Positions 43,811 to 55,745 are shown, counted from the first letter of the stretch. The stretch is DNA of 64,000 bases from Schmidtea polychroa (GCA_044892525.1 CM097885.1:39494001-39558000), one strand, 5' to 3'. Translations and numbers: made by a program. Notes: generated by a model not told the origin, from the letters alone.

Positions 43811-46206
43811 TTACTTCACCACTCGTCATTTCATAATTCAGGGTTTATAATTTTATAGTCGACTCGTATACTTCTTTATGAGTACCCTTTTTGATCAATA
43901 TTGTCTTCTAAAATTATTCGCAGATTTCTTGGTACTATTAGCGTATAATTTCAGAATATTGACGGGTCTACAGTCTATACATAACTAGTTCTAAGTTAAT
44001 TGATCCTTATGCTAAAATTTATTTACTATTATCCCCATCTGAAACTTATTATCAAGACTTCTCCATTATCAATTTATATTTTCAGGGTCGATATAATTTA
44101 TATCTAAAATCTCATAATTATCTATAACTTGCATTTTGACTATAATTAGCAAATTTTATAATAAGTACTTATATCTTTATAAATATTTAAGATGGGCGCT
44201 TGAATTAATAGATCTGTAATTTAATCGGTTAGATTTGTAATATCTATAGGTAGATTGAATTTATTCGCATAGTAATTAATCTCGAAGTCCCAACTAGATG
44301 AGGTTATACCCACACATATGCCGGACACTTTATCATTTCTATTACTTGAGTTACTACAAATTTCTATTACCAAAATCGGATTCGGCATATGTCTAAGTAC
44401 AACTGGAATGGCTATTATTGATCAACCGACTTCATTAAGGTGATTGCAGAATTGTGTAAGGTTAGGTATGAGTTCTACTCAGATTAAGACCTTATTGTAG
44501 AGATATTTGACATTGATTTTTAATGTTGATTTTAAATTTGTATTACGTACAAAGTCGGGAAGAATATTGCTTCCATGGCCCCACTGTGACCACTTCCACA
44601 AACCTTAGTGTTGAGTGTTGAGTCAACCATTTACGGTCGACCTTACATAAATACAAAGAGTCAGACGGAGGATTTCCTCGACCTAACTCCGTGGCAGAAC
44701 CACAAAGTAGTTCGACCTTCGAAGGACCCGAACAAAAGAAATCATATAGTATCGATCAATATAGTACGAATAATGCATGTTGGTAGGTTGCATAAAAATT
44801 TTATTCGATATCTTCCAATGCAGGACGGAATAGCGACGCACAGTGACGCCGCTGATCAGTCATATTTATCTAAATAACAACGAATTTAGTAAGAATAATT
44901 TAATTATAGAATGGTGTTCATTAAAATGGTTACATACACGGTTAACATAAAAACAATGCAATCAAAAAATACCTACTATCAGTTTCCTTCAAAATTTGGT
45001 CAACAAAAAATTTTGGCATAAATGACTAAATTATGCCCGAAACGTGTCGGTATATATACCTATTTTGTACACGTGTATGTATTGATACAGTAAAACAAAC
45101 TCGAATTCTTTTTATTCCAGAATTTTCTATTTAGCGATTTTGCTATTTTTAATGGCAATTTTTGTGCCATAATTTTTGTTTTTATTTTTATATTTTTATT
45201 TTTTAATTATTTTTCGTTAATTTGCCGTCCATGATGGATTTGGAACGGTTCCAGAACATTCTATTTTACTTTTAATTTAATTTTTATTCTAACTGATGTT
45301 TTGTGAATTTCTTTTTAAGATTTATTATTTTTAATACTAATTTATTTATTTTCTCTAACTTTTATTGTTCTAGCTGGCTTTGTGATGGTCATCGCCATTT
45401 TAATGGAATGTTCTGGGTTTTTCTTGAATTTTTTCTGTTTTTATCGTCTTTTAAGTTGTTCGAGTCTGTTTTATGCTTATCTGTGTTTATTTGGTTGTTT
45501 TTGAGTTCTATTTTTGCATCACTTCTTGCTTTTGGATAATTTTATTTAAATTCTGTGTTTATGTTTTTTGTTGTTTTTCCTTTAATTACTATTGTTTATT
45601 TGATGTAATTTTAATATTTAACTATACTTTGTGCTTTTTTACTTGGTGTGTACCTACACATTTCGTTCATAATTAGAAGTTTGGGTCTAGAAATCAGTTC
45701 TAGCCCAACACTACTATCATCATCCAGCAATATAATCAGTACAAAGTTTTCACACTCCTACTCCGGCATTCATCTGTTTCATATATTTAAAGACTATTTC
45801 TTGTCTGATATCAGGACAGTACATGCCAAAATCTGTTAATGATTGAAGGAACTGTTTTACCTCGTATTGTGACTTCCTTACCCAAAAGTAAAATCAGGCG
45901 AAACTGGAAGAAAGTGAATAAGCTGGTAAATCTGCATTTGAATGTAAAATAAAATTGATATAGTTAACTTATCAAGCATCATTGGGGCTTTATAAATGTT
46001 TAAGATCCATAAAATCATCTGCAAGTGGTATATTTCTTTGAGTAAGAATATTTGAAAGTGAAAGTCGAATCAGCAAATGTAAAATTTATTAAATATATAT
46101 AAACCAATAAAATTAATTAAAATTCCAATAAATTTCAAAAGATTCGCTATGAATGTATCCATATATTAAATAAACCAACTCCTATAAAACTAACAATATA
46201 ATACAA

Positions 46207-46757
46207 ATGGTTAAAAACGTTTGGAAAAGCGAGGAACTGGCAATATAGAATTCAGAAGTTTGGACAATTTGAAATCGGCGTTGGAATTTAATGGACAAGT
46301 TCTCGTCATTAGAGCAATTAATTTGACATTAATCACGGACATAGACAAAGAAAAGAAATTTAACACATTTCTAGATAAGAATGGTTGTTTTCACAAAGAT
46401 GAAAAGATATCTAAAGCAGATGAATCTGAAAATTGGAGAAGTAAGAAAGTTGTTGAAAGGAAAGAAACTAAGCCAAGTGATAGCGATAATTGGAGAGTAA
46501 AGACAATTGTTGAAATGAAAGTATTCAAACCGAGATATAACAATAATTGGAGAGAAAAGAAAAGTGTTGAAATGAAAGAAACAAAACCTAGTGATAGTGA
46601 TAATTGGAGAATAAAGAAAGATGTTAAAGTAACAGAATCAAAAGACTGTAGCAGTGGAACACAGAGAATTACAAATATGCGTGATACCGAAACAGAAAAT
46701 CTTCGAGAAAACAAAACAGCCGAAAAAGAAAATTCTTGTAGAATAGGTAAAAAATAA
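46207..46757 (+). pseudogene. EIF4B: eIF4B-like pseudogene
   Basis: A 271-bp deletion between two AAAGCG hexamers removes half the RRM and frameshifts (stop 14 codons after ATG 46207). Two 57-bp repeats are also lost. Confidence 0.9.
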
Positions 46758-47174
46758 ATTTTTCCTTTCTATATTTGTTTAATATTATGATTGTTGTTTT
46801 TTTTTTAGAGTGTTTAATATATTTATTTTTCAATGTAAAATGTTTGATATATATCTTTAATATTAAATTGTATTTTTATGATAGTAGTTTGTTTGCAAAA
46901 CTGATAATGAGAAAGTACATAAATCTCTATTTTATTTTTGTTATGATAGAACATTTTAAGGATACGTTTGAAATTATATTTATCAATAAAAATTAAAATT
47001 TCTAAGTTATTCTATTATTAAACAAAATTTATATTGTAATTAAAATCAATTTCATAATATTAATAAAATAATAGACCTATAAAATTTCGAAAGATAGGGA
47101 AATAGAATTTATTAAAATAAATGTAAGTAATTATATTTATTACTCATTATTTAGTCAACTTTCATGTTATAGAT

Positions 47175-47546
47175 CAGGGGTCTCAAACTCAAACTGGCCT
47201 GCGGGCCGCATTAGACTAGTATTATGAGCCGGCGGGCCGCAACATAAATAATTGTTTTTCAGAACATGTGGAGTCTGAAACTCCGACGTTAATATTTATT
47301 TAATTAAAAACTCAACAAAACTAAAAAACATTTTTTTATTATTAAGAATAATAATAATAATAATAATAATTATTATAATCATAATATGTATAACGTCATA
47401 TGTATAAATAAAAATAATTAAAAAGATAAGTTTTAATTTATACAGCCAATTATGATTTTAATTGTTAAATAAGTTTGGTTAAATTGCAAATCTATGTTTT
47501 TTCGTTGCGGGCCGCCAAATGTAAAGCCGCGTGTTTGAGACCCCTG
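47175..47546. mobile_element. hAT-family non-autonomous element (MITE), 372 bp
   Basis: 14-bp TIRs CAGGGGTCTCAAAC / GTTTGAGACCCCTG. 8-bp TSD TTATAGAT (47167-47174, 47547-47554); the empty site is seen in array units 1-3. Subterminal GCGGGCCGC x3. Confidence 0.95.
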
Positions 47547-48146
47547 TTATAGATAATCGTTGACATATGTTTAGATAATTTGTTTTTATTTTTTCATTGA
47601 GAGCTCAGATTTAGACTATGATTACCGTATGTGTGCGTGTGTGAGTAACTGAGTGATAAGGTTACTGTTACTTGACACCCAATAAAAAACATTTATGACG
47701 TCACTACACAGGTATGCAATATTGAGTATTATATATTTTTTACAATTAACAGTAGTTAGTTTTGCAAAATGAATTCAACAAGCTAGGATTGATTGAATAT
47801 TTAAAATATGTTGTAGTTGAATTCAGATTATGATGAATATTTATGGAATGACTTTTATTATAGTATTTAATTTTATTCAAAACAATTTCTATTTTAACGC
47901 ATAGATAAAATTCAAAAAACTTTGACAAATCACTATTATGTCATTGAATTAGTTTTCATAAAATATTGTTATATATGAATATTAATAGACAATCTATGTA
48001 TTATTTTATGAAAGTTAATTATCTATAAAATATATGAAATTAAGTGTACCTAATATTGATGAAAGCAGCTTAAAAATACTCAAAGACCTTTCCTAATGTT
48101 ATTGAACACCAATAAAACATCATGTATTCCATTTCAAAAATTAATT

Positions 48147-48880
48147 CAACCGAAAAAAAGTATGTTCTTGTTATTATTGATTGGTTTAACAAATTAGTAA
48201 TTCTAACGGCTACAGCAAACCAAGATGAAAAAACTATTTTAAAGACACTAATGAATAATTGGATTTACAAATATGGTAAACCTTAAAGTATATTGACAGA
48301 CAGAGGGCGAAATTTTGAAAGCAAATATTTTAAGGAAAAATTAGAACTTAGAATAAAGCAAGAATTCGCCTCGCCATATCAACATCAATCGAATGGCTTA
48401 GTGGAAAGAGCTATCAGAACAATGAGAGATTTACTTGTGACGACGATGAAAGGGGCTGTGCTGAAAAACAGTGGCACGAACTGTTGCCTCGAATTGAATT
48501 CATTATAAATGCAACTTATCAAGGTTCTTCAAAATATTCTCCATTTGAGATAGTAGATGGACGGAAATAAACGTTACACGCTAATTCTAGACTCACACAT
48601 CAAGTACACAATATTTCGGAAGAAGCACAAAAGAATAACAAGCAAGCTGCGCAAAAGATGAGGAAATTCGAAAAAGACAAAAGAATTAAACGACATTTTG
48701 AAGTGGGGGAGGAGGTACTAGTAAGATGAGAACCACATAGAAGAAACAAAAATGATATTCAATATGATGGTCCATATAAAATTTTTAGATTTGTTTCAGA
48801 TCATCAAGTTGAATTGCAGTATCCAGATACGACGCGACACCGACGAATCGAATGGTTAAAGAGATGGCATCAATCTTATG
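48147..48880 (+). pseudogene. Degenerate Gypsy integrase fragment
   Basis: KKYVLVIIDWFNK...WIYKYGKP*SILTDRGRNFES...SPYQHQSNGLVERAIRT...GPYKIF, with stops and frameshifts. Confidence 0.85.
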
Positions 48881-49189
48881 AAGAAGAGAGTAATGATATT
48901 ACATTAGAGGCCAAGGACCAAATGTGAAGCAGTTCAGAGTATACTGCGTAATTCAATACACTCTGTTAATAATAATAAATCTTTAGATGNNNNNNNNNNN
49001 NNNNNNNNNNNNNNNNNNNNNNNNNNNNNNNNNNNNNNNNNNNNNNNNNNNNNNNNNNNNNNNNNNNNNNNNNNNNNNNNNNNNNNNNNNNNNNNNNNNN
49101 NNNNNNNNNNNNNNNNNNNNNNNNNNNNNNNNNNNNNNNNNNNNNNNNNNNNNNNNNNNNNNNNNNNNNNNNNNNNNNNNNNGGCCAAT

Positions 49190-49720
49190 TAAGATCAATG
49201 AAGGTTAAGACAAAAATAAATACATTACTTTGCGGTATTTTATAACTTAAATATATTTTAAAAACACATTTTGACGCCATTTTCATCATTTTCAACATTT
49301 TCATAATATTATTTTCAAAATATTATTATTATTAATATTATTATTATTTTATTATTATTATCATTTACAAAGTTATTTTCAATTTTATTTTCAAAGTATT
49401 ATTATTTTCAAAGTTCTTATTATTTTATTTTCGAAGTTTCATTATTTACGTAAATATTCATAAAACTTAATTTCTAATTAATTTCATGATTTTTAATATT
49501 TTCAATATTTTCATGATTATTTTCATTAGTTCAATGACTCATCGTGGACTCACTACTACCGATCAGAGAAAATTTTGAGGTTAAAGTCCAATTTTAGCAA
49601 ATTTAAGTCAAATTTCAAGGTCAACCCCCTAACCCATAATTTTAAGGTCAACGTCAGATCTTCAAACATGGGTAGGGTCCTATGAATTTTATTCGAAACT
49701 ACCCCCAATTAATCATATAT
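49190..49720 (-). repeat. Copy of a composite dispersed/satellite repeat family, inverted relative to the copies at 56590-60310
   Basis: Reverse complement matches GCGTCAAAATGTGTTTTTAAAATATATTT (56613) and CCATGTTTGAAG...TTGACCTTAAAATT (59581-59720). Confidence 0.7.
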
Positions 49721-50404
49721 TAATAATTTTAAATGATATCCTAAATATGTTTCTAGTTAAATGATTGAAATAATTGGTATTTCTATCAACTAAATAAAAA
49801 TAAATTTGTTATGAATCCTAGAATATTTTAATTAAATGGTACAGCCAAAAACATGGATTTCTAACTAAATTTGTCTTATGAAATTGTTATATATTTAAAA
49901 TAACCATGTATTTTTCACTAAATGGCCAAAAGATTTGCTATATGATATCTAAATAATCATGTTTTTCTTAAATTGTATGGTATTGTTAAATATTTTAAAT
50001 AATAATAAAATTAAAAATAAAATTAGGTCAGGGTATGATAAACTAATAAATATAAGTGCATAATTAACAATGACTTTCCAATAAATGTGCTTAAGACACT
50101 AGAAATTTGAATTGAGAACTTACATGTATGATATTCATTAATCAGTGTTGAACAGGCTTAAACATTCTTCTCGTGACACTTAGAACAAACAATTACGTGA
50201 CCACATGGTAAAAACAAAACTTGATTTTCTTTACAAATTGAACAAGTTAAATACTTTTTCTTAACATCGTTCCGTATTTTCCTTAGCTTATTTTCAATCA
50301 AATTGGCTTGCGCTACCCATCAATAAATAACCTATATTCCGGTTTCAACCTAAAATACATGCAACTCCATAAGTATTCATTCAGTGAATTATAATAATAC
50401 TAAT

Positions 50405-50991
50405 TGTAATGTACAGTTATTTTTGTTAGTATTTTAGTATTCACAATTAGGAATTGTGTATACTAAAATATAAAATATTACCATCTGGGAAATCCAGATT
50501 TTTAAAAATAAACTATATAGCGATAATTTACTATAGTAAATTATCGCTATAGTTAAAAGAAAATTGAAAAATTAAAAAAATCAATGACGAATAGAATATG
50601 GAAACGATAATTTGTATTAGTTTTGAGAACTGAAAATTCATTTCTTTATCAAAGACTTTTAAGTAGAGTTTATTGTACAGAAAGAAAATCAAAGAAAATA
50701 TTTGGAAGTATATTTCAAGAACATCCAAGATAGATACGAGGTTTTATTTCTTTGTTGTAATAAATTTTAAAAGTTGTAACATTTATTATTGTTTTGTATT
50801 ATATCTATAACTTTATATTGTTTGTAAATCTTATATTTTGAACATAACACGCACCCCGATTGTCCCGCTACAAGTTTTAACGGTGACTCTTTCGGGCTCT
50901 TCAAATTCTCCTCCAAAATAACATAATTAACAATAATAACAATAAAAACAATAATTTATTAACTATAATAACAACTATAACCTCCATAACA
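50405..50991 (+). repeat. 5' LTR (587 bp)
   Basis: TGTAATGTACAG...CCTCCATAACA. I see only two substitutions versus the 3' LTR. Confidence 0.96.
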
Positions 50992-50993
50992 AC

Positions 50994-51005
50994 TGGTGTC
51001 AGAAG
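50994..51005 (+). promoter_or_regulatory. Primer binding site, probably tRNA-Leu
   Basis: TGGTGTCAGAAG, 2 nt after the LTR, complements the CTTCTGACACCA 3' end of tRNA-Leu. Confidence 0.75.
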
Positions 51006-51192
51006 AAAAAATATACACAACACGACACTCGCATTCGACGATTTTTTTTCAATCACTACGCCTTTCAGCATACTTATTATAGAAGTATAAAGGATAGTGA
51101 CTCTTTTGGCTGAACACAGTAAGCCATATCCTTGAACAATCTCATTTTTTGTAACACAACAAGCAATAAAAAAAACATCAACAAACCAATTA

Positions 51193-52368
51193 ATGGCATC
51201 AAACCAAACAAATCCAACAAACATTTCACAACCCCCCAATAATACTGAAAACACACACATGATGGAAAATACGAATTACTACTATAACCCAAACACTAGC
51301 ACAGATAATACACACACCATAAACTCAGTAATTAACCCAAGAACAAACATCCCAAACTACTTTAGTGACGAAAATGGGACACCCCAAAAATGGCTTGAAT
51401 TTGCTAAATTAACCCTAACCCTATCGGGAATAAAGTCAACGAAAACTCTATGTTCAAACATTATCGCTGCACTCCCAAGTAGCAAATTGAACGAAATAGC
51501 TGACCAAATTGAGGAAATTTCAAAGAGCGAAGACCCGTTCAACAAGCTTTGCAACGTCCTAACAAACAAAAACAAAATCAACAGGAGGCAAATGCTGGAA
51601 TCATGTCTCAACAACACACAACTTGGCGACAATAAACCAACAGATTTCCTTCGCCAACTAAAACAAAAATTAGAGTACCTCCAACCAAACATCACTAATT
51701 CGGGATCAAACGAATTAGTAAAAGAATTTTTCATGCGAGCAATGCCGCCCGAAATAAGACGTATCTTCGCAGCCAGTAGCAATTCGGACGTAGAAACGCT
51801 AGCAGACATAGCAGATAAAATCAATGAAGAAATTTATCCTACTATATGCAGCACACAAAACTACAACAGAAACAAAACTAATCACAACACCCAACCAACC
51901 AACAAAAACACAGAACCAAATGAAACAACAAACCGATTAATAAACACTTTGATCAGCAAATTCGACGAAATAATTGTCGAAAACAGACAAATTAAAGCGG
52001 AACTAGCCGAAATAAAAGAGAAATACAACAGGCAAAATTTCAATCCAAACGAAAACAGAGACCTATTCAACAGAAACAATTTTAACACAGACCAACTATC
52101 ATACAATCATAACAGACAAAACTACGACCGACCACCCAACGAAAACAATAGACAGAACTACAGCCACAGACAATCCCCAAACGGTCACTACAGAAACCGG
52201 TCAAACTCACCAAATCGATACAACAATTACCGAAATAGCAGCCCAGAAAGGAATTCAAGAAAAGATTTCCTAAACAAAAACCACTGCTACTTTCATAACA
52301 AATTTGGCGACAAAGCATATAAATGCATAAAACCCTGCGAATTCCACAAAACAGAGCAGGAAAACTAA
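51193..52368 (+). CDS. Gag (CsRn1-type CHCC motif)
   Basis: 391 aa. IPNYFSD...PQKW, LGDNKPTDFLRQL, and C-terminal CYFHNKFGDKAYKCIKPC. Ends CAG GAA AAC TAA at a likely -1 frameshift. Confidence 0.9.
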   Translation: MASNQTNPTNISQPPNNTENTHMMENTNYYYNPNTSTDNTHTINSVINPRTNIPNYFSDENGTPQKWLEFAKLTLTLSGIKSTKTLCSNIIAALPSSKLNEIADQIEEISKSEDPFNKLCNVLTNKNKINRRQMLESCLNNTQLGDNKPTDFLRQLKQKLEYLQPNITNSGSNELVKEFFMRAMPPEIRRIFAASSNSDVETLADIADKINEEIYPTICSTQNYNRNKTNHNTQPTNKNTEPNETTNRLINTLISKFDEIIVENRQIKAELAEIKEKYNRQNFNPNENRDLFNRNNFNTDQLSYNHNRQNYDRPPNENNRQNYSHRQSPNGHYRNRSNSPNRYNNYRNSSPERNSRKDFLNKNHCYFHNKFGDKAYKCIKPCEFHKTEQEN

Positions 52369-52670
52369 AAATGTCACCATTGATAGCACCCACATTTGGT
52401 GACAACAATAATACTTTCACGGTGCATTCAAACAATACAGATTTTCTAATCGACACAGGTTCCGTGATCTCCCTATTACCACACTACTTATACACAAATG
52501 CAAAAACTACAGAAAAGTCACTAACCGCTGCCAATGGCTCCAAAATTAAAACATTTGGCCAATATACAATAACACTCACAATAAATTCAAAAAAATACAG
52601 TTGGCCATTCACAATCGCAGAAGTACAACAGTCAATAATCGGGGCCGATTTCTTAGCAATTACAACCTAA
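52323..52670 (+). CDS. Aspartic protease (pol N-terminus, -1 frame to gag)
   Basis: FLIDTGSVISLLP...LTAANGSKIKTFG...IIGADFL. Confidence 0.9.
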   Translation: MHKTLRIPQNRAGKLKMSPLIAPTFGDNNNTFTVHSNNTDFLIDTGSVISLLPHYLYTNAKTTEKSLTAANGSKIKTFGQYTITLTINSKKYSWPFTIAEVQQSIIGADFLAITT

Positions 52671-55504
52671 TAGTGGACTGTCGAAACAAGAAAATAGTCG
52701 AAAACAACAAAACAAACAAAGAAACAGCCAGGAACACAACATCAAACTTTTCGAAAGTAGACATCGGCGTGATTCAAACAAGTAGACCAACTTTCAAAAC
52801 AATTAAAACTATTGAACACGTACCAGAAATAGTCACACTACTGGCAAAATACGATAAACTCTGCGAACCAGTAACTTTCAATGGAAATTCAAACCACACT
52901 ACTGAACACGCAATACTGACAAACGGAAACCCAGTCCACTCAAAAGTAAGACCACTGGATCCAAAAAAAATAGAAATCACAAAAAATATATTTAACGAAC
53001 TGTTGGAAAATAATATAGTAAAAAATTCAAACTCAGAATGGTCTTCAGCACTGATGCTAAAACAAAAAGCTAACGGGGAATGGAGAGCTTGTGGCGATTA
53101 CAGACTCCTGAACAAAATAACAGAGCCCGACAGCTATCCATTACCGATAATAAAAGACATAATAAATCGACTAAATGGCGCAAAATATTTTTCAAAAATT
53201 GACCTACAAAAAGCATATCATCAGATCCCAATTAGAAAAGAGGACATAAAAAAGACAGCAATAACAACACCGATCGGCATGTTCGAATACAACCGAATGC
53301 CTTTCGGTCTACGAAATGCCGCAGCAACTTTCCAACGATTCATGGATCAAACAATGAAAAACAACAAAAACACAATCGCTTATCTGGACGACATCCTAAT
53401 AACAAGCCCAGACAAAGAAACACATCTAAAGGACGTGGAAAAAGTGTTCAAAACGCTGGACAATGCAAAACTAAAAATAAACACTCAAAAGTGCGAATTT
53501 ATGAAAACGGAAATAAATTTCCTTGGTCACACGCTAAACGACAAAGGAACACAACCAATAGAAAACAAAATAAACAATATAAAAAACTACAAACTGCCGA
53601 CAAACACAAGAGAGTTGAGGAGATTTCTAGGAATGGTAAACTTTTATCATTCTTACATCCCAAATTGCAGCAACCTACTGGCACCACTAAACGACATTAT
53701 CAAAACCAAACGAAACGTAACAATAAACTGGACACAACAAACAACCGACACATTCAATAAAGCCAAAGAAAGCCTATCAACGGCAACACTACTCGGTTAC
53801 CCAGATCCAGAACTAGAGTATCAACTAACTACAGACTGTTCTGGTTTTGCAATGGGCGCAACAATTTTCCAGGAAAATAAATTCGGCAAACAACCATTGG
53901 GATTTTTCTCGAAAAAACTAAAATCACATCAAACAAGATACTCAACATTTGACAGAGAACTCCTAGCAATACACGAAGCAATCAAACACTTTCAACATTT
54001 ACTCGAAGGACGAACCTTCAAAATATTCACAGACCACAAACCGCTAACAAATGCAATAGAAATGAAAAACCCTTCACCAAGGCAGATCAGACAAATCAAT
54101 TTCATTTCACAATTCAACTGCACAATAAACTACGTAGCAGGAAAATCAAACATAGCAGCAGATGCTCTATCCAGAATTGAAAGTGACATAAATGCCCTAG
54201 AATTCGGAGAAATAATTGAATTGGATCAAATCAAATCCAGACAAACCGATACATTAAGCAAACTGCCTACTAAACACAGCCTGAAACTACAGGAACTCGA
54301 CGGAATATGGCACGATGTCTCCAACGAAAGCAACAAACGAATCCTACTACCCGAAGAACTCCGACAAGACTGCATAAAAAAGATACATACTATCAATCAT
54401 CCGGGAAACAAAATAACATTCGAGTTAATACATAACAAATATGTATGGCCTCACATGCGGGAAGACATCAAGAATTACGTCAAAAGTTGCCACAGCTGCC
54501 AATTAAATAAAACAACAAAAAAACCTAAAACACAAAAAGTAAACTTCCCAAGCAGTGAAGCGTTTGAAACAATACACACAGACGTAGTAGGACCACTACC
54601 ACCAAACGACAACTACAAATATCTACTAACAATTATAGACAGAAAAACCAATTGGTTCGAAGCGATCCCAATAAAAGAAATCACAGCAAAAAATATCTGC
54701 GAAATGATCGAACTAAACTGGATAGCTCGTTACGGCCAACCGAAAACAATCATAACTGATCAAGGCAGACAATTCGAATCAGAAATGTTCAAAATACTGT
54801 GCAATAAATACAATATCAAAAGAAATCGAACAACAGCTTACAACCCACAATCAAATGGGAAAATCGAACGGTTTCACAGAACATTAAAAGAAAGCATCAG
54901 GACAAAAGCCAATGACCAAAACTGGTTAAACCAACTTCCAACAATATTAATCGGACTACGAAATAGCCCAAATTCAACAGATAATGAAAGTCCAGCATAC
55001 AAAATTTTCGGAAAAGCAACAAACTTGCCATCACTTAAATCAGATACAAACAAAAACACCGAAAACAGCAAACAAATAACAAACAAAAATAGCGAAACCA
55101 CCGAACAGAAACCAAAAGGAATTTTAAAAAGAAGACCGGACTCCGAATTAGACGGAAAAATAGTATTAACAACAGATTTCATCCTAATAAAAAAACCATT
55201 CACAAAAGGATTTGAATCCAAATACGAGGGTCCATTCAAACTCCTAGAAATTAACAAAAACGTCGCCACAATAATCAAAAACAACAACAAAATGAAAATA
55301 AACATAAGACGAATAAAACCCTATCACCAAAACAAAAACCCACAAAACAACTCACCGCAAGACAAAACACAAACCCAAACACAAACAAAAAAACAACCAA
55401 TTCACAAAAACATCACATTCAACCACAAAAATTCAATCAAAATATTTGACAAAGACACAATACTGACTCCACTATACAAAAAACGTTACAGCGAATGCTT
55501 TTAA
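52601..55504 (+). CDS. Pol: RT - RNaseH - integrase (separated from protease by a 1-nt deletion near 52650)
   Basis: WRACGDYRLLN, FSKIDLQKAYHQIP, AYLDDILI, TTDCSGFAMGA, HPGNK...CHSC, IHTDVVGPLP, ITDQGRQFES, YEGPFK. The expected GADFL-SNYNLIVD is split between frames. Confidence 0.95.
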   Translation: MAIHNRRSTTVNNRGRFLSNYNLIVDCRNKKIVENNKTNKETARNTTSNFSKVDIGVIQTSRPTFKTIKTIEHVPEIVTLLAKYDKLCEPVTFNGNSNHTTEHAILTNGNPVHSKVRPLDPKKIEITKNIFNELLENNIVKNSNSEWSSALMLKQKANGEWRACGDYRLLNKITEPDSYPLPIIKDIINRLNGAKYFSKIDLQKAYHQIPIRKEDIKKTAITTPIGMFEYNRMPFGLRNAAATFQRFMDQTMKNNKNTIAYLDDILITSPDKETHLKDVEKVFKTLDNAKLKINTQKCEFMKTEINFLGHTLNDKGTQPIENKINNIKNYKLPTNTRELRRFLGMVNFYHSYIPNCSNLLAPLNDIIKTKRNVTINWTQQTTDTFNKAKESLSTATLLGYPDPELEYQLTTDCSGFAMGATIFQENKFGKQPLGFFSKKLKSHQTRYSTFDRELLAIHEAIKHFQHLLEGRTFKIFTDHKPLTNAIEMKNPSPRQIRQINFISQFNCTINYVAGKSNIAADALSRIESDINALEFGEIIELDQIKSRQTDTLSKLPTKHSLKLQELDGIWHDVSNESNKRILLPEELRQDCIKKIHTINHPGNKITFELIHNKYVWPHMREDIKNYVKSCHSCQLNKTTKKPKTQKVNFPSSEAFETIHTDVVGPLPPNDNYKYLLTIIDRKTNWFEAIPIKEITAKNICEMIELNWIARYGQPKTIITDQGRQFESEMFKILCNKYNIKRNRTTAYNPQSNGKIERFHRTLKESIRTKANDQNWLNQLPTILIGLRNSPNSTDNESPAYKIFGKATNLPSLKSDTNKNTENSKQITNKNSETTEQKPKGILKRRPDSELDGKIVLTTDFILIKKPFTKGFESKYEGPFKLLEINKNVATIIKNNNKMKINIRRIKPYHQNKNPQNNSPQDKTQTQTQTKKQPIHKNITFNHKNSIKIFDKDTILTPLYKKRYSECF

Positions 55505-55734
55505 TAAAAACACAAACATACACAAACAAACACACGCACAAACAGCGTTAATTGTACAGTTTTTATTTTTCTTGTAAATACAAAACAAAATGTAAATTTT
55601 TAATTTTATTGAAGTTGTAGATACAAAGAAACAGAAAAAAAAACACAAAAACATAAAACATACGAAAAAAAAAGGTTATTGAATGTAATTTTTTTTTACG
55701 TACTTTTTATTGATTCATGTTAACCTCCGGTTTT

Positions 55735-55745
55735 AAAGGGGGAAG
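55735..55745 (+). promoter_or_regulatory. Polypurine tract
   Basis: AAAGGGGGAAG, 3 nt before the 3' LTR. Confidence 0.85.

Larger units (their letters stand above)
43120..45710 (-). mobile_element. Candidate long 5' LTR of a minus-strand element (possibly the giant element)
   Basis: Ends sharply at 45710, reading TGTTGGGCTAGAAC on the minus strand, against resumed array sequence. The same 14-mer starts a plus-strand segment at 63798. No PBS or second LTR found, and a gap separates it from gag. Confidence 0.35.
45711..48144 (+). repeat. Diverged seventh copy of the eIF4B array unit (long type; unit positions ~435-2824)
   Basis: CTACTATCATCATCCAGC at 45711 equals unit-1 position 435. Similarity runs to CCATTTCAAAAATTAA at 48144, with several SNPs and small indels. 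Confidence 0.95.

Noticed and set aside
44608-44877. 89-aa plus ORF in the candidate LTR region
   Set aside because: Non-ATG start, no recognisable motif.
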